Source of the DNA: an uncultured archaeon
GTDB lineage: Archaea > Asgardarchaeota > Thorarchaeia > Thorarchaeales > Thorarchaeaceae
Length of the DNA: 32,325 nucleotides
Assembly: GCA_964610875.1 (NCBI GenBank)
Contig: CAZSWP010000042.1
Span: forward strand, 1-32,325
Direction: 5' to 3'
Of the stretch, positions 18,468 through 29,300 are shown one piece after another. The position numbers and the translations under genes were made by a program. The notes beneath the pieces are model-generated. The model had not been told where the DNA came from. It did no database searches and saw nothing but the letters and a program-made list of their open reading frames with translations. Position 1 is the stretch's first letter, and each line of letters begins with the position of its first letter.

Positions 18468-20102
18468 ATGGGATTGAGTTTGAAAAAGATAGTATGCATC
18501 AAAAGGTGTTGTGTGACAAGTCTAGTTATTCTACTAATGATAGCATTCCCATTGAAGATTGAATATGTTAATTGGTCATCTCCAAGGATTATTTCTGGTG
18601 AAGACTTCAAACTCGTGGGGCATGCTCTTTCGATGGTTATTGATACAAATGAGGTCATCGAAAATGATACGATAATTATAACGGAATGGTATCATGTACG
18701 GCAAGGAGGAACATTAGAAATTCTCAATTCAAGAATAGTATTTATTAAAGATGAACTAGCAATTGGTGCAGAAGAGGGCGGCAATCTCATAATCAAAAAT
18801 AGTACATTCTATGCAGGAGGCAACTACTCTTGGTGGATATTTGCTGACTCTGGATCGACATTATACATTGAGAATAGTACATTCATTGGTGCTGAGGAAA
18901 ATACTCATGGAGGGCTGAGTGTACGCTGTGATGACGCCATTATATCAGGATGTGAGATTACAGGATTTGGCGGAGATTGTATCAAAATCGAAGATTGTAA
19001 GAATGTTAGTATTTTGGATAATACTATTACAGATGCAACCAGAGAAGGAATCAATCTAGCTCGTGTTTCTGATAGTAAGATAATTGGGAATGAAATATCA
19101 GATACAGGTTTTTGTGGAATATATGCTAAAGAAGGAGAACATCTTCAATTTGAAAACAATTCGATTTCCGATACAACATATTCAGGAATTTGTCTTTACA
19201 GCTCTGAGATATGCAACATTGATTCGAATCAATTCAGGAATACGGGACTCGATGGTGTGAGTATAGAATACTCGGCGAGAATAGTAGTAAGTAGAAATCA
19301 AATGACAGAGTGTGCAAGTGGAATTCTCTCTTTAAGATCAACAGATTTAGTACTTGAACAGAATATCATAGAAAAATCCACATACGATGGAATTAGCATT
19401 CAGGATTTTAGTAAAAGAATCAATGTGAGTGACAATATCATTCGGACAACAGGTTCGTGTGGAATAGATACTATTCTGTCATACGATTTACTCATCTCGA
19501 AGAACTACATTGAAACCATTACATATAGTGGCATTTGCATTGAAGGAGATTCAAAAAATGTGACTATTGCATTTAATGCGGTTTTCAATTGTGAAATCGG
19601 TATTGAAACAAGAGATTCAAAAGTACTCTTGATTCTGGGCAATTGGGTTAATGAGTCAGAATACTATGATATTCAGCCAAGATTCTCTACCGATGGTGAT
19701 GTGTATTTGAATGCCTTTTGTAGTCTGGTTGATGCACCAGGGAAGATATTTGCTGCGCAGTTCGCTTGGGATAACGGAACAAAGGGCAACTACTGGTCAG
19801 ACTATCATGGAGAAGACCAAGACGGTGATGGAATTGGGGATAGTATATACGCAGTGGATGAGAGAAACTATGATAGATATCCACTGATGAAAATTGATAG
19901 TATAATCCAATTTAGGAAGTCACAAAATGCACCAATTATGCCACTTGAGGATAGTAATACTACCACATTGACAACAATAACTGATTCCTCATTCATTCAA
20001 GACATAGTAATAATGGAATCATACCTGGTTGTAAATTCCGCTATTCAAATAGCAGCAATTATCGGCATTCTGGTTATTCTGTTAAAACGACGTACGAAAT
20101 AA
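18468..20102 (+). CDS. Cell-surface right-handed beta-helix (NosD-like) protein with C-terminal TM anchor
   Basis: N-terminal hydrophobic segment; repeated N.I..T..(S/D)GI units; WDNG..GNYWSDY.G.D.DGDGIGD..Y..DRYPL; T-rich linker, TM helix and KRR tail. Confidence 0.9.
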   Translation: MGLSLKKIVCIKRCCVTSLVILLMIAFPLKIEYVNWSSPRIISGEDFKLVGHALSMVIDTNEVIENDTIIITEWYHVRQGGTLEILNSRIVFIKDELAIGAEEGGNLIIKNSTFYAGGNYSWWIFADSGSTLYIENSTFIGAEENTHGGLSVRCDDAIISGCEITGFGGDCIKIEDCKNVSILDNTITDATREGINLARVSDSKIIGNEISDTGFCGIYAKEGEHLQFENNSISDTTYSGICLYSSEICNIDSNQFRNTGLDGVSIEYSARIVVSRNQMTECASGILSLRSTDLVLEQNIIEKSTYDGISIQDFSKRINVSDNIIRTTGSCGIDTILSYDLLISKNYIETITYSGICIEGDSKNVTIAFNAVFNCEIGIETRDSKVLLILGNWVNESEYYDIQPRFSTDGDVYLNAFCSLVDAPGKIFAAQFAWDNGTKGNYWSDYHGEDQDGDGIGDSIYAVDERNYDRYPLMKIDSIIQFRKSQNAPIMPLEDSNTTTLTTITDSSFIQDIVIMESYLVVNSAIQIAAIIGILVILLKRRTK

Positions 20103-20219
20103 TCCGACATCTTATCGCTTTGATAATAAGCAATTTAGAAAGGTAAATAGTCCTTTCAAAAAGTAAATCTTCTATAGTAATTACCACTTCCAGTAGATGG
20201 GTAACAGAAGGGAATCTAT

Positions 20220-21962
20220 GTGACTACGGATTACAAGCCTCGGTTATATCAGCTCAATGCAAGGGATCAGATCATTCACTGTATTGAGCAAGAGGGAAAG
20301 CGTGTACTCCTTGTCTTATTACCTACTGGTATGGGTAAAACCCTCATCTCCTCACTCACCATAGAGATGCTGATTGATAGAGGTATCATCAAAAATGATG
20401 AAAAAGTTCTTTTTCTGGTCCAAGACCGAAAACTGAAACATCAACTGTATGAGATGGCAAAGGAGTACGGTCTCTCTAACCAGGGATACTTGTTCCTTCT
20501 TGATGACCAAAAGGGAATTCCAGCACACATGGCAGCAAAGCACGCTTCAATGGCAAAGGTTCTGTTCGCGACTCCTGTCAAGCTAATGAATGCAGTGACA
20601 GCACGAAGACCCTTGATTGACGATGATACCCTGAAACAGGTCAAGGTCGTAGTTATCGACGAGATTCTAGATGTCTTTGCACAGAGTTATGGTAAGCAAC
20701 GACCACGCTCTGAAACTGAATTCTATATTGAGAAAAAATATGGAAATGGTCGTACATTCAGGGAGATAATTGCAGACTTGAAGTATGAACTGGAGGTCAC
20801 ACAGAAAGTCCAGATTGACGAAGAGAAGCTCATTGAACAAGTGCTTCGCGAGTTCTCATCCAAGAGTTATCGACTTGACAAGAGATTCCAGCCGATTTTG
20901 AACTATCTCAGCCTTCTAGACCCCTCATCTGAGAGAATCATAATTGGACTCACTGCAGCTCTATCACAGGACATGAAGATCGACCTCCTGAAGAAGACCT
21001 TCGGTGGTGAAGAGTATGTTGAGGAGATACGTCCAGTGGGGGATGACTTTGAGGACTACAGACCTGCATATCAACTTCGAAGAATCAGAGTCTTCGATGA
21101 CTGGGTGACCAATGTAGACATGCTGGTCTCAACCATCAAGAAATTCCTCCTCTCTGCTATTAATCAATCTTACAAGATCATCACAGGTCGGGAAAAAATA
21201 CCACCCGATAGAATTCTACTCTTCATAAGTGACCTGCTGGCAAAGACTGAGATGAAAGAGAAACTATTGAAGGGAGTTGGTGGAGATACCCAGAAACGTG
21301 ACTCTCTTCTCGCTTCAGCCAGTGCATACCTCTTTATGACCGTAACACGACAGCGACTTCTTGAGAGTACATTCCCATCCTTTGTTGCATTCATTGAGAA
21401 GATCAACAATCGGGTTCTAACCGCAAACACGGAATTCCAAGATATCAAGGAAGCAATAGCATCCCGGATTGAGAAGGAACTACCAGATGAAAAGGAGAAG
21501 CGACTGCTATTCTGGCTCAAGCGTTTGAAGGCAGAAGGGAAGAATGTTCTGGTCCTCTGCCGTTTCGTGGACATGACAAAACATCTAATGCACTTAGCTG
21601 AGAAAGAAGGAATCCCGAGCGCAAATGTTCACGGGAAGATGAGCGGTTCTCTGCAATATGGTGCAATTAAGAAATTCAAGTCTGGGACAGCAAAGGTACT
21701 CTTTGCTTCTGAGCGTCTCATTGAGAAAGGGACAGACTTGCCTGAAGCCGATGTGGGAATATACTATGGTACCACGGTCTCTCTTGAACGATACGAACAG
21801 AGTCTGGGAAGAATAAGAAGCAGTGTCCGCAACATCAAGACGTTCTATACAATAAGCTACAATCAGACCGTAGAGGATGAGAAGTCCCTCAAACGAGAGA
21901 CCCTGTTTCTTGAACTAGTTGCAAAGCAATCAGGAAAAGTCATCCCTGAAGATGAAGATTGA
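20220..21962 (+). CDS. Superfamily 2 helicase, Hef/Mph1(FANCM)-like, without ERCC4 nuclease domain
   Basis: Q motif PRLYQ, motif I LPTGMGKT, Ib FATP, II IDEI, III GLTA, V EKGTDLP, VI QSLGR. Confidence 0.82.
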   Translation: MTTDYKPRLYQLNARDQIIHCIEQEGKRVLLVLLPTGMGKTLISSLTIEMLIDRGIIKNDEKVLFLVQDRKLKHQLYEMAKEYGLSNQGYLFLLDDQKGIPAHMAAKHASMAKVLFATPVKLMNAVTARRPLIDDDTLKQVKVVVIDEILDVFAQSYGKQRPRSETEFYIEKKYGNGRTFREIIADLKYELEVTQKVQIDEEKLIEQVLREFSSKSYRLDKRFQPILNYLSLLDPSSERIIIGLTAALSQDMKIDLLKKTFGGEEYVEEIRPVGDDFEDYRPAYQLRRIRVFDDWVTNVDMLVSTIKKFLLSAINQSYKIITGREKIPPDRILLFISDLLAKTEMKEKLLKGVGGDTQKRDSLLASASAYLFMTVTRQRLLESTFPSFVAFIEKINNRVLTANTEFQDIKEAIASRIEKELPDEKEKRLLFWLKRLKAEGKNVLVLCRFVDMTKHLMHLAEKEGIPSANVHGKMSGSLQYGAIKKFKSGTAKVLFASERLIEKGTDLPEADVGIYYGTTVSLERYEQSLGRIRSSVRNIKTFYTISYNQTVEDEKSLKRETLFLELVAKQSGKVIPEDED

Positions 21963-21986
21963 TTCAATCACTACGTATTCTATATC

Positions 21987-22574
21987 TTATGATGGAAAAG
22001 ATTGGTAGTCTTCAGCTTCTATTTCCTCCTGACCCGTGCCAGGTAACTTCCAATCACGGGTAGCTGTCAGTATAAATCCAATGCCAAATAGAAATGTTGC
22101 CAGACCACCACTCCAGACCTCTACTGAATATAGTAAATGCATCTGCTCCAGTCCCAGTGGAAGGTCTTGATATATTCGGACACGCCAATTATCTCCTTTC
22201 TCGAGATGACCAGAAACAGACAGTGAACATTTCTGTTCGGCCTCGAAACGATGCACCGCTGTCACTGTAGCTGTGGACCTTCCATGTTCGTCCTCAGTAT
22301 ACTTAGTTCTTCATCATACACAGTTTCACCATCAATGACAATCGTAATGTATCCCTATTACATGAGCAACTGAGCCGCCATTATCATAGAGGCGGACTTG
22401 TATGTTGTAGGAGTGATTTGCTTCAAGTTTTATCTTGAAATTGATTTCAGCGGTTTCTTGGGTCTCTTCGATGATCAGATAGGTCATGGTCTCATCTTGG
22501 ACACTTTGCATGCGATGATAGCTCACAACAACAATGAATAAGCAAGGAAGTGTAAGTAAGCCGAAAATTACCAC
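21987..22574 (-). pseudogene. Disrupted two-TM membrane/exported protein gene
   Basis: The ORF-track fragments 22332..22574 and 21987..22265 share a frame and are separated by four TGA codons (22311-22334). The shifted frame there reads GYITIVIDGETVYDEEL, indicating two compensating indels. There is also an in-frame TAA just upstream of the apparent start. Confidence 0.65.
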
Positions 22575-22746
22575 GCTACGCCTTAATCTCGGTTACAGCT
22601 CCTGTATACTAATTTTCGTGTAACCTAATAAACAATGTATCTGATGGTTTATCAATATGGGAGACAGGATATAATAGTTAGACGGCTCTAACTTTACTGG
22701 TGTTGGTGATGAGAAACGTGTTCTTTGTGCAAGAGATGAATGTAGA

Positions 22747-23394
22747 ATGAAGATCAGCATTGTGTATGACAATGAAGCAGAAGAGGGGCTCATCAAAGAT
22801 TGGGGATTTTCATGTCTAATAGGAGATCGCATATTGTTTGACACAGGAGCCAGCCAACACAAATTGCTTCAAAATATGGAGAAGATGAAAGTTGACCTTG
22901 ACGCCATTGATACCATCATACTCTCACATGAACATAGTGACCACACGGGAGGCATAAAGATTGCTGAGTATACTCAAGGCGTTAAGGTATTCATCCCTCA
23001 TTCATTCTCAAGACGAAAGAAAGCTAGTTTGGAACAAATTAGAGGAGTAGAACTCATCGAGGTGACGGATACAGTTGAGCTTCTTCCAGGGATTATGTCG
23101 ACAGGAGAATTGGGTTCTATAGCGGAACAGTCCTTAATGGTTGATACTGTAGATGGAATTGTAGTCGTTACTGGTTGTAGCCACCCTGGTTTGGACGTGA
23201 TTTTAGGTCATGCATCAAAGTGGGGAGAGCTTTATGGAGTGATTGGAGGATTTCATGGATTCGAAAAATTTGAGGTGTTAGCAGACCTCAAACTGATTGT
23301 TCCTTGTCACTGTACAAAATGGAAGAAGTCCATTCTCTCTCGATATCCTGAGAGAAGCCAACCTTGCGCAGCGGGTTGTGTCTTTGAAATCTGA
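22747..23394 (+). CDS. MBL-fold metallo-hydrolase, COG1237 family (short form)
   Basis: YDN, WGFSCL, ILFDTG, SHEHSDHTGG, EQSL, TGCSHPG, GGFHG, PCHCT. Confidence 0.92.
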   Translation: MKISIVYDNEAEEGLIKDWGFSCLIGDRILFDTGASQHKLLQNMEKMKVDLDAIDTIILSHEHSDHTGGIKIAEYTQGVKVFIPHSFSRRKKASLEQIRGVELIEVTDTVELLPGIMSTGELGSIAEQSLMVDTVDGIVVVTGCSHPGLDVILGHASKWGELYGVIGGFHGFEKFEVLADLKLIVPCHCTKWKKSILSRYPERSQPCAAGCVFEI

Positions 23395-23495
23395 AGAGCA
23401 TCAGACATCAGGATGCTTTAGCAATCAACCTTTTTACGCAAAGACTCAATCCCGTTAGGTGTAGGTTCGGTTAGTCGGGAAGAGATGAAACGAAG

Positions 23496-23807
23496 ATGAA
23501 GAAGATACTCTTGTGGTTACTTGCTGGTACTCGAGGTGGTACAAATCGAGCAAGGATACTGCAAGCAATTCATCATCGACCCTACAATAACAATCAGCTT
23601 GCCAAACTACTAGACCTCGATTACAAGACAACTCGACACCATCTCGAATTACTTCTTGAGAATGGTGTAATCGTAACACAGGGAGAGGGTTATGGAAGAG
23701 TGTTCTTCCTTTCCAAGGACACAGAGCACCATTTGGAAGAGGTCGAGAAGATTTGGGCAGAAATTGGGCATACAGGCATAAGTGAAGACCAAGAAGAGGA
23801 TGTGTGA
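23496..23807 (+). CDS. Archaeal ArsR-like winged-helix transcriptional regulator
   Basis: LLWLLAGTRGG.NRARIL..P.N.NQLA..L.LDYKT.RHHL..L..NG..YG..FF signature. Confidence 0.9.
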   Translation: MKKILLWLLAGTRGGTNRARILQAIHHRPYNNNQLAKLLDLDYKTTRHHLELLLENGVIVTQGEGYGRVFFLSKDTEHHLEEVEKIWAEIGHTGISEDQEEDV

Positions 23808-23811
23808 AGCA

Positions 23812-24225
23812 ATGAAGAATGAGGAAATAATCGGTCTAGTGACAATAACGAGTGTCATTGCAGCAGTAGTAGGAGCGTATCTTGCTCAGACACTGATACC
23901 CCTAGTAATTGCTAGAGAGTATCTATACGCACGAGACATCAATCTGTCACTTCTTATGATCAAGACGAGTGTGTCTTTTGTTAACATTGTACTCATCATC
24001 GTTCTACTACTTATCTATGTGAATCTCTATAGAACTGTCCGCTCCCGATTCACACTTGGGCTCATACTCGTAATCCTCGTCCTATTTCTCTATGCATTGA
24101 CCTCGAATCCTATTCTTCAAGCACTCTTTGGCTCTGAAGCCTCTAGCCTAGGTCTATTCGCAATCATTCCAGACCTCTTCACGACCTTCGCACTTCTCGT
24201 GTTCTTCTATCTCAGTCTGGAATAG
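23812..24225 (+). CDS. Four-TM membrane protein accompanying the ArsR-like regulator
   Basis: Hydrophobic helices with Y..VRSRFTLGL, SNP and PD motifs. The start is placed at ATG 23812, just after the regulator stop. Confidence 0.8.
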   Translation: MKNEEIIGLVTITSVIAAVVGAYLAQTLIPLVIAREYLYARDINLSLLMIKTSVSFVNIVLIIVLLLIYVNLYRTVRSRFTLGLILVILVLFLYALTSNPILQALFGSEASSLGLFAIIPDLFTTFALLVFFYLSLE

Positions 24226-24326
24226 CTCGAAAAATGGACAAGTTTTGGGTCTAAGTTTGGCTCGAATTCGGCTTACTATTTTATTCAAAGAGATAATTCC
24301 TTGGATGAGAGAGGAGTTACTCAAAG

Positions 24327-25052
24327 ATGCCCAAATTGGAAACAATAGCCCAGAAGATGACAACTGCATTCGCATCCTTCGTTGCGTATCTCCCAATAGT
24401 TGCAGGCATTATCACCCCAATGGTGTATATGCTACTAGCGTGGTATATTTCGTGGGAAGTCGCAGCTCTGATATTTCCATTCCATGAGATATGGAGTGGA
24501 TTCTGGTTCCCCATCTACGATGCCAGTATCGCGTTCTCTGTCTTCATGGTCGGAGCTGTGATATCAGTGGTAGGATTGGGATTGTTTCTATGGGCACTCT
24601 TTGAGATGGCGAAGAGAAAACGTGAGGGCTTTGGATTAGTGACCACAGGCCCTTATGCTCGGGTCAGACACCCACAGCATCTGGGAATCCTTATGTTCCT
24701 ACTTCCATTCGCTCTCACGTTCAAATATATCTCATCATATAACATGGGCATGCGACCAGGGGACATCCTCTCCTGGTCACTCATGGCATTCATGTTGCTT
24801 GCGGTAGCAGACTGGGAAGAGTTCAAAGTAGCAAGGGAGTATGGTATGCTTTATGATGAATACAGAAACACAACTCCGTTCATCATGCCGATAAAAACAG
24901 GGTGGGACTTCAATGCACCAGATAGATTTCAGCAGGGTCAACCCCTACGTTATGTTGTAGTCTTTGCACTCTTCTGGTCAATGATATCAGTGGTGCTTTT
25001 CATATTTGCAAACCTGCCTCTCGTATTTACAAGAGGAGGTCTATTATCATAG
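24327..25052 (+). CDS. ICMT/PEMT-family methyltransferase-like membrane protein
   Basis: LVTTGPYARVRHPQH and EE..V..EYG..Y.EYR.TTP signature; multiple TM helices; GAGGAG RBS. Confidence 0.85.
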   Translation: MPKLETIAQKMTTAFASFVAYLPIVAGIITPMVYMLLAWYISWEVAALIFPFHEIWSGFWFPIYDASIAFSVFMVGAVISVVGLGLFLWALFEMAKRKREGFGLVTTGPYARVRHPQHLGILMFLLPFALTFKYISSYNMGMRPGDILSWSLMAFMLLAVADWEEFKVAREYGMLYDEYRNTTPFIMPIKTGWDFNAPDRFQQGQPLRYVVVFALFWSMISVVLFIFANLPLVFTRGGLLS

Positions 25053-25097
25053 ATGAAAAACTGATATTCGTATACTTTAGAAAAAGGAGATGGGAAA

Positions 25098-25649
25098 ATG
25101 AATCAGAGGACTGTGATCGCACTCATCGTAATTGTGGGAGTAATAAGTGCAGTCGGAACTATAACTCTACTAATGGGACTAAATCAGTCTACACCAGAAG
25201 TCCCTCCTCCAGAGAATCCTCCAGGTAACGAAGTTGATGTCTTCATAGGAGAGAACATCGAACTAAGTGCAAAGGCTATCTTCTCACAAGACTTCATGCC
25301 CATTATAGGTGATGAGGGGCCACCTTTCTATGTTCTCATAAGAGTGAATGTCACAAACACTGGAGATACCGTTCTAGAAGATCTCAACGCCATTAGAACT
25401 ACTCTTTATTATAATGGAACTCTCACAGTATTTACCACTCTCAATCTTACACATGCTCATCAGACATTACTCCCGATTACAGTACAACCAGGTGAGTGTG
25501 CCATTATCGAATTCATCAATGATAGAAGTGAAGTCTTTTCTCCCACAATCGATGAGGGGACGTATCTCTATGCTAGAGTACTCTTCGTGTACGACCATGG
25601 CGAATGTATTCTCACAACACCACCAAGTGAAGTGATGTTTACACACTGA
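25098..25649 (+). CDS. N-terminally anchored exported protein with Ig-like beta domain
   Basis: TM helix, Pro-rich linker, VNVTNTGD and TVQPGE motifs; AGGAG RBS. Confidence 0.75.
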   Translation: MNQRTVIALIVIVGVISAVGTITLLMGLNQSTPEVPPPENPPGNEVDVFIGENIELSAKAIFSQDFMPIIGDEGPPFYVLIRVNVTNTGDTVLEDLNAIRTTLYYNGTLTVFTTLNLTHAHQTLLPITVQPGECAIIEFINDRSEVFSPTIDEGTYLYARVLFVYDHGECILTTPPSEVMFTH

Positions 25650-25698
25650 CTTGAAGTCGTTCTAAAGTCTAGATTAATGTGAAGTCTCTCACAGATGT

Positions 25699-26010
25699 AT
25701 GTCGAGGAAAATGGTGTCGAGTGAAATACATGATGAAAAACCAGGGTTACTGAGGAAGAATGTCGACGGCGAGTATCAAGTTCATCCTGATGCAGACCTT
25801 GGTTTCCTTCAGAACTATCTATTCTTTGAACATGGAGTCATTCCTCGAATCACATTCTACGCATCTTTTGTAACTGTCCTCTTCATAGTCTACGGAATAT
25901 TGGTCCCATTTGATTTCGGAGCGCATAATGTCTTCGCGCTGGTTCTGGGAATCAGCTCGATCTCCTTCTTTTGGATGGAAGTCATAAGACATTACAGGTC
26001 TTTGAAATAG
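25699..26010 (+). CDS. Small two-TM hypothetical protein
   Basis: Two C-terminal hydrophobic helices; same orientation as the rest of the cluster. Confidence 0.6.
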   Translation: MSRKMVSSEIHDEKPGLLRKNVDGEYQVHPDADLGFLQNYLFFEHGVIPRITFYASFVTVLFIVYGILVPFDFGAHNVFALVLGISSISFFWMEVIRHYRSLK

Positions 26011-26112
26011 AAAATAGCCTGATAGATATCCAACTAGTCTCAGTGAGTGAGGTTGCGCCAAACTCGTTTCTTAAAGTAAGATGATACTGTCACATTCACA
26101 GGTCAGATTCAG

Positions 26113-26331
26113 ATGTTAAATCGCAGACAAGTCACTATACTCCTCCTGGTTGTACTAGTCGCTGTGGTGGTAGTGATTCCTCTGAGTGGCATTCTCAATC
26201 CACAGTCTCAAAGGATTCAATTCACAAAGATTGGAGAACTTGACATTGGATATGCTGAAGGATTAGATGTAGAGGGAAATAGGATCCTTAGTAGTGATAT
26301 TATCAAAGAAGATTGCATGAAGAATTTATAA
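26113..26331 (+). pseudogene. 3'-truncated membrane-anchored LVIVD-repeat-like protein
   Basis: Signal/TM segment, then FTKIGELDIGYAEGLDVEGN (start of an LVIVD-type beta-propeller blade). The similarity stops abruptly at about 26280, next to the AT-rich operon. Confidence 0.55.
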
Positions 26332-26348
26332 TAATAAATTAACTGTAT

Positions 26349-29300
26349 CTATTTTATCAATATTCTACCAATCTCTTTTCCGATCTCTATATTGGCGTAA
26401 TCACAGCAATCTGGGATGACCTGAGACAGACATCTCATTTTTCTATGATCAGGCCATAACCAACTCTCATTTGTTCGTATATGTGTTAGAAGATTATCAT
26501 GTTCAGACGATCTGAATCTTTCAAGATTTTGTGTGTTAACAGGTTTTCCTCGAAAACAGAAATTAAAATACTCAATCCAATCTTTGCTTAGCAAAGGAAT
26601 AATGGACTTATCTTCATCAGGTATGATTGCGAAACAAATATACCGTTGGTTACTCAATATCATATGGATGCTTGCGTTGTACGAGGATCTATGTTTTTTG
26701 ATTTCAAATTCAAGTATTGATTTATTCTGAAACCCTTGAAAATTGTCATCAAGAGAATCCAAACTGACCTCAATGCCATTAATAGTTATCTTAGTTTCAC
26801 TTTCTAGCGTGTACTCAAGTTTGGATTCGTCTGCCATTTTTGCAAGAGTACGAATTAGTGATTGATAAATCAGTTTTGCTTGGAGAGTTCCTTTGTGAAA
26901 AACGCTTTTCCCTACAATCTTACCTTTCTGATATTGCCGTCTTCTTTTTTGAATCTCTTCCAGAGTCACATTGGGAGTAAAATCATAGTCAGTTCCCAAT
27001 GCACTGATAAACTGTTTTTGAGTTTCTGACATGATCTCAGGAACTTCTCCAAGAACTGCACGAAAATCAGTTCTTCGATCCTCTAATACTTCATACATTC
27101 TCTGTTCGATTGAATCGGGATAATAGAGATTCACGAGATGGACTTCTTCCGCTTTTTGACCTAATCTATCAACACGACCAAATCTCTGAAGAAGTCTAGC
27201 AGGATTCCAAGGAACATCAATGTTGATAACCACATTTGCAGAATGAAGGTTGAGTCCCTCACTAGCCGCATCAGAACAAATGAGTATATTTATTATACCA
27301 CTTTTCAATCCTCTAACGATATCTGTCCGAGTTGAAGATCTTGCTAATAGTCTGTTATCCTGTTTTTCATAGAAACCTATAAAGCTTCCATCGAAACGAC
27401 CAAGTCCAGCAGTGTTTGCGAATTCTGCAAGTGTCTTTACAACTGCTTCCGTTGTATCAGTGAATCTACTAAAAACTAATACTTTACGCCCTGCAGATAT
27501 ATGTCGATTTACAACCTCTTTGAGTCGAATCATTTTAGGGTCTATAATGGTATCACCATCAATATAATGAGATATATCATCAAGCAATCGATTCAAAGTA
27601 TAGAATTCAGTCAGCGCATTTTCACGAACTGGTGATAGATCTGCATCAATCTTTATCTGCGTAGAGTCCATATCTTCGTTTTCATCATAATCAGAGAGAG
27701 AGAAGTCATCCGCCCATTCAGGATTTAGATCTGAAAATACTCCACTGTTTTTGATTGCTTCAAGCTTTTCTCTTCGACCATTCAGAGTACTATATGCGGC
27801 ACTTATAGATGATACTATTCTTTGTCGGTATATACTTTTCATCAAACCAAGACTTGCAACAGATCTAGATCCCATTTCTGGTAAACCCAGATACTTGTGA
27901 ATATATTCCTCAATATCGGCTAGTAGAGATGCTTGCTTAGTTGTAATTTTAATAGAAGGACTCTCTAAGATTGTTTTAGGAAAGTGATAACCTATAGCTT
28001 TTAAACTGCTTCTGTAGTTGCGTGCTGCCAAGAAAGTTGCAGGATGAAATTCAATGACATATTCATGCGGTAAGCCACCCATATCTTTAATGAGATCCTC
28101 ATATTGAGATGAATGTAGGAGTGGTTTATCAATTAGCTCTTTAATTATGGATTCATCACTAGTCAAGTTATATTCCAGCATGTAGTTGTGGATATCTCGA
28201 ATTAGAGGAACCCAAGTAGACAAACGGTCCAGTCTTTTTCCCAAAGCCCATTCAGCATACTCACCAAGTTTAGCTCGGAATTCATCAGGAATACCTAGAA
28301 TCTGAAGAAGGGAATAATAATCCAGAATGCATGTTTGAAATGGAGTTGCAGTAAGAAGGAGGATGTGGGGAACTATGTCTTTCATCTCCATAAGGAGCTG
28401 ATGGAGCTTGGTTGAATATTCTCGAACACCATCGTCATGAATTCTAGCATGATGAGCTTCATCAACAATAACAAGATCTGGAGTCTCACCTGATGCGAAT
28501 ATCTGATCTACAGACCTCATCCTTGCCCAGTGCCATGAAACAATTACCTTTTCAATACGAGCTTGGCTATTAAGTGGTGTATTCCCTACCTCGGTTTCTT
28601 TGTGATCAGATATACAGGTTTTTTTTCTTGAATCGTAGATCCAAAACTCCATGTTGAAAAGCTCTTTCATTTCGCGTTGCCATTGTAGCATAAGAGAAGC
28701 AGGCGTTAGAATCATGACACGTTTAGTATCACACTGAGTAATGAGATAGGATACAATCGAACCTGCTTCAATCGTTTTTCCAAGTCCGACTTCATCAGCT
28801 AAAAGAACACGAACTGGCCATCTGCTTAGTGCAAATTTATAAACCGAAAGCTGATGAGATAGTAGGCTGACTCTAGGAAAGGAAATTCCATGATATATTG
28901 GTGATTTGAATAATAATTCCACAAAATTGGACCAACTAAAATGGTCATCAGGTTTTTCTTCATCTACAATCTCCAGGATTTCTGCAACTTTATCTGTAAA
29001 AGGCATACTAATTACATCAGGGCAATTATCAGCCCAAAGATTATTGAAGCGAGTGAGAAAATAAGATGCAACATCCCTCTCATTTTCCACCCAAGAACGA
29101 TGAAGCACCGCATCTTCTATGTTGTTAGTGTAGCCTTGGAGTGATTCATTCATTGAGGTTGTAACAACAGAAAAATTCTCTCCACGGGCGGATTTTTCTT
29201 TTCTAGAGTCATAGTATTCCCTATTCAATCTTCGAAGGATTTTCCTCATATGTTTCATAATTGTATATTTGGGAGTGGATTCTTCATGATGATGAAATAT

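Noticed and set aside
22311-22334. Four clustered in-frame TGA codons as selenocysteine
   Set aside because: They are better explained by a local frameshift: the adjacent frame reads GYITIVIDGETVYDEEL, and there is no redox motif context.
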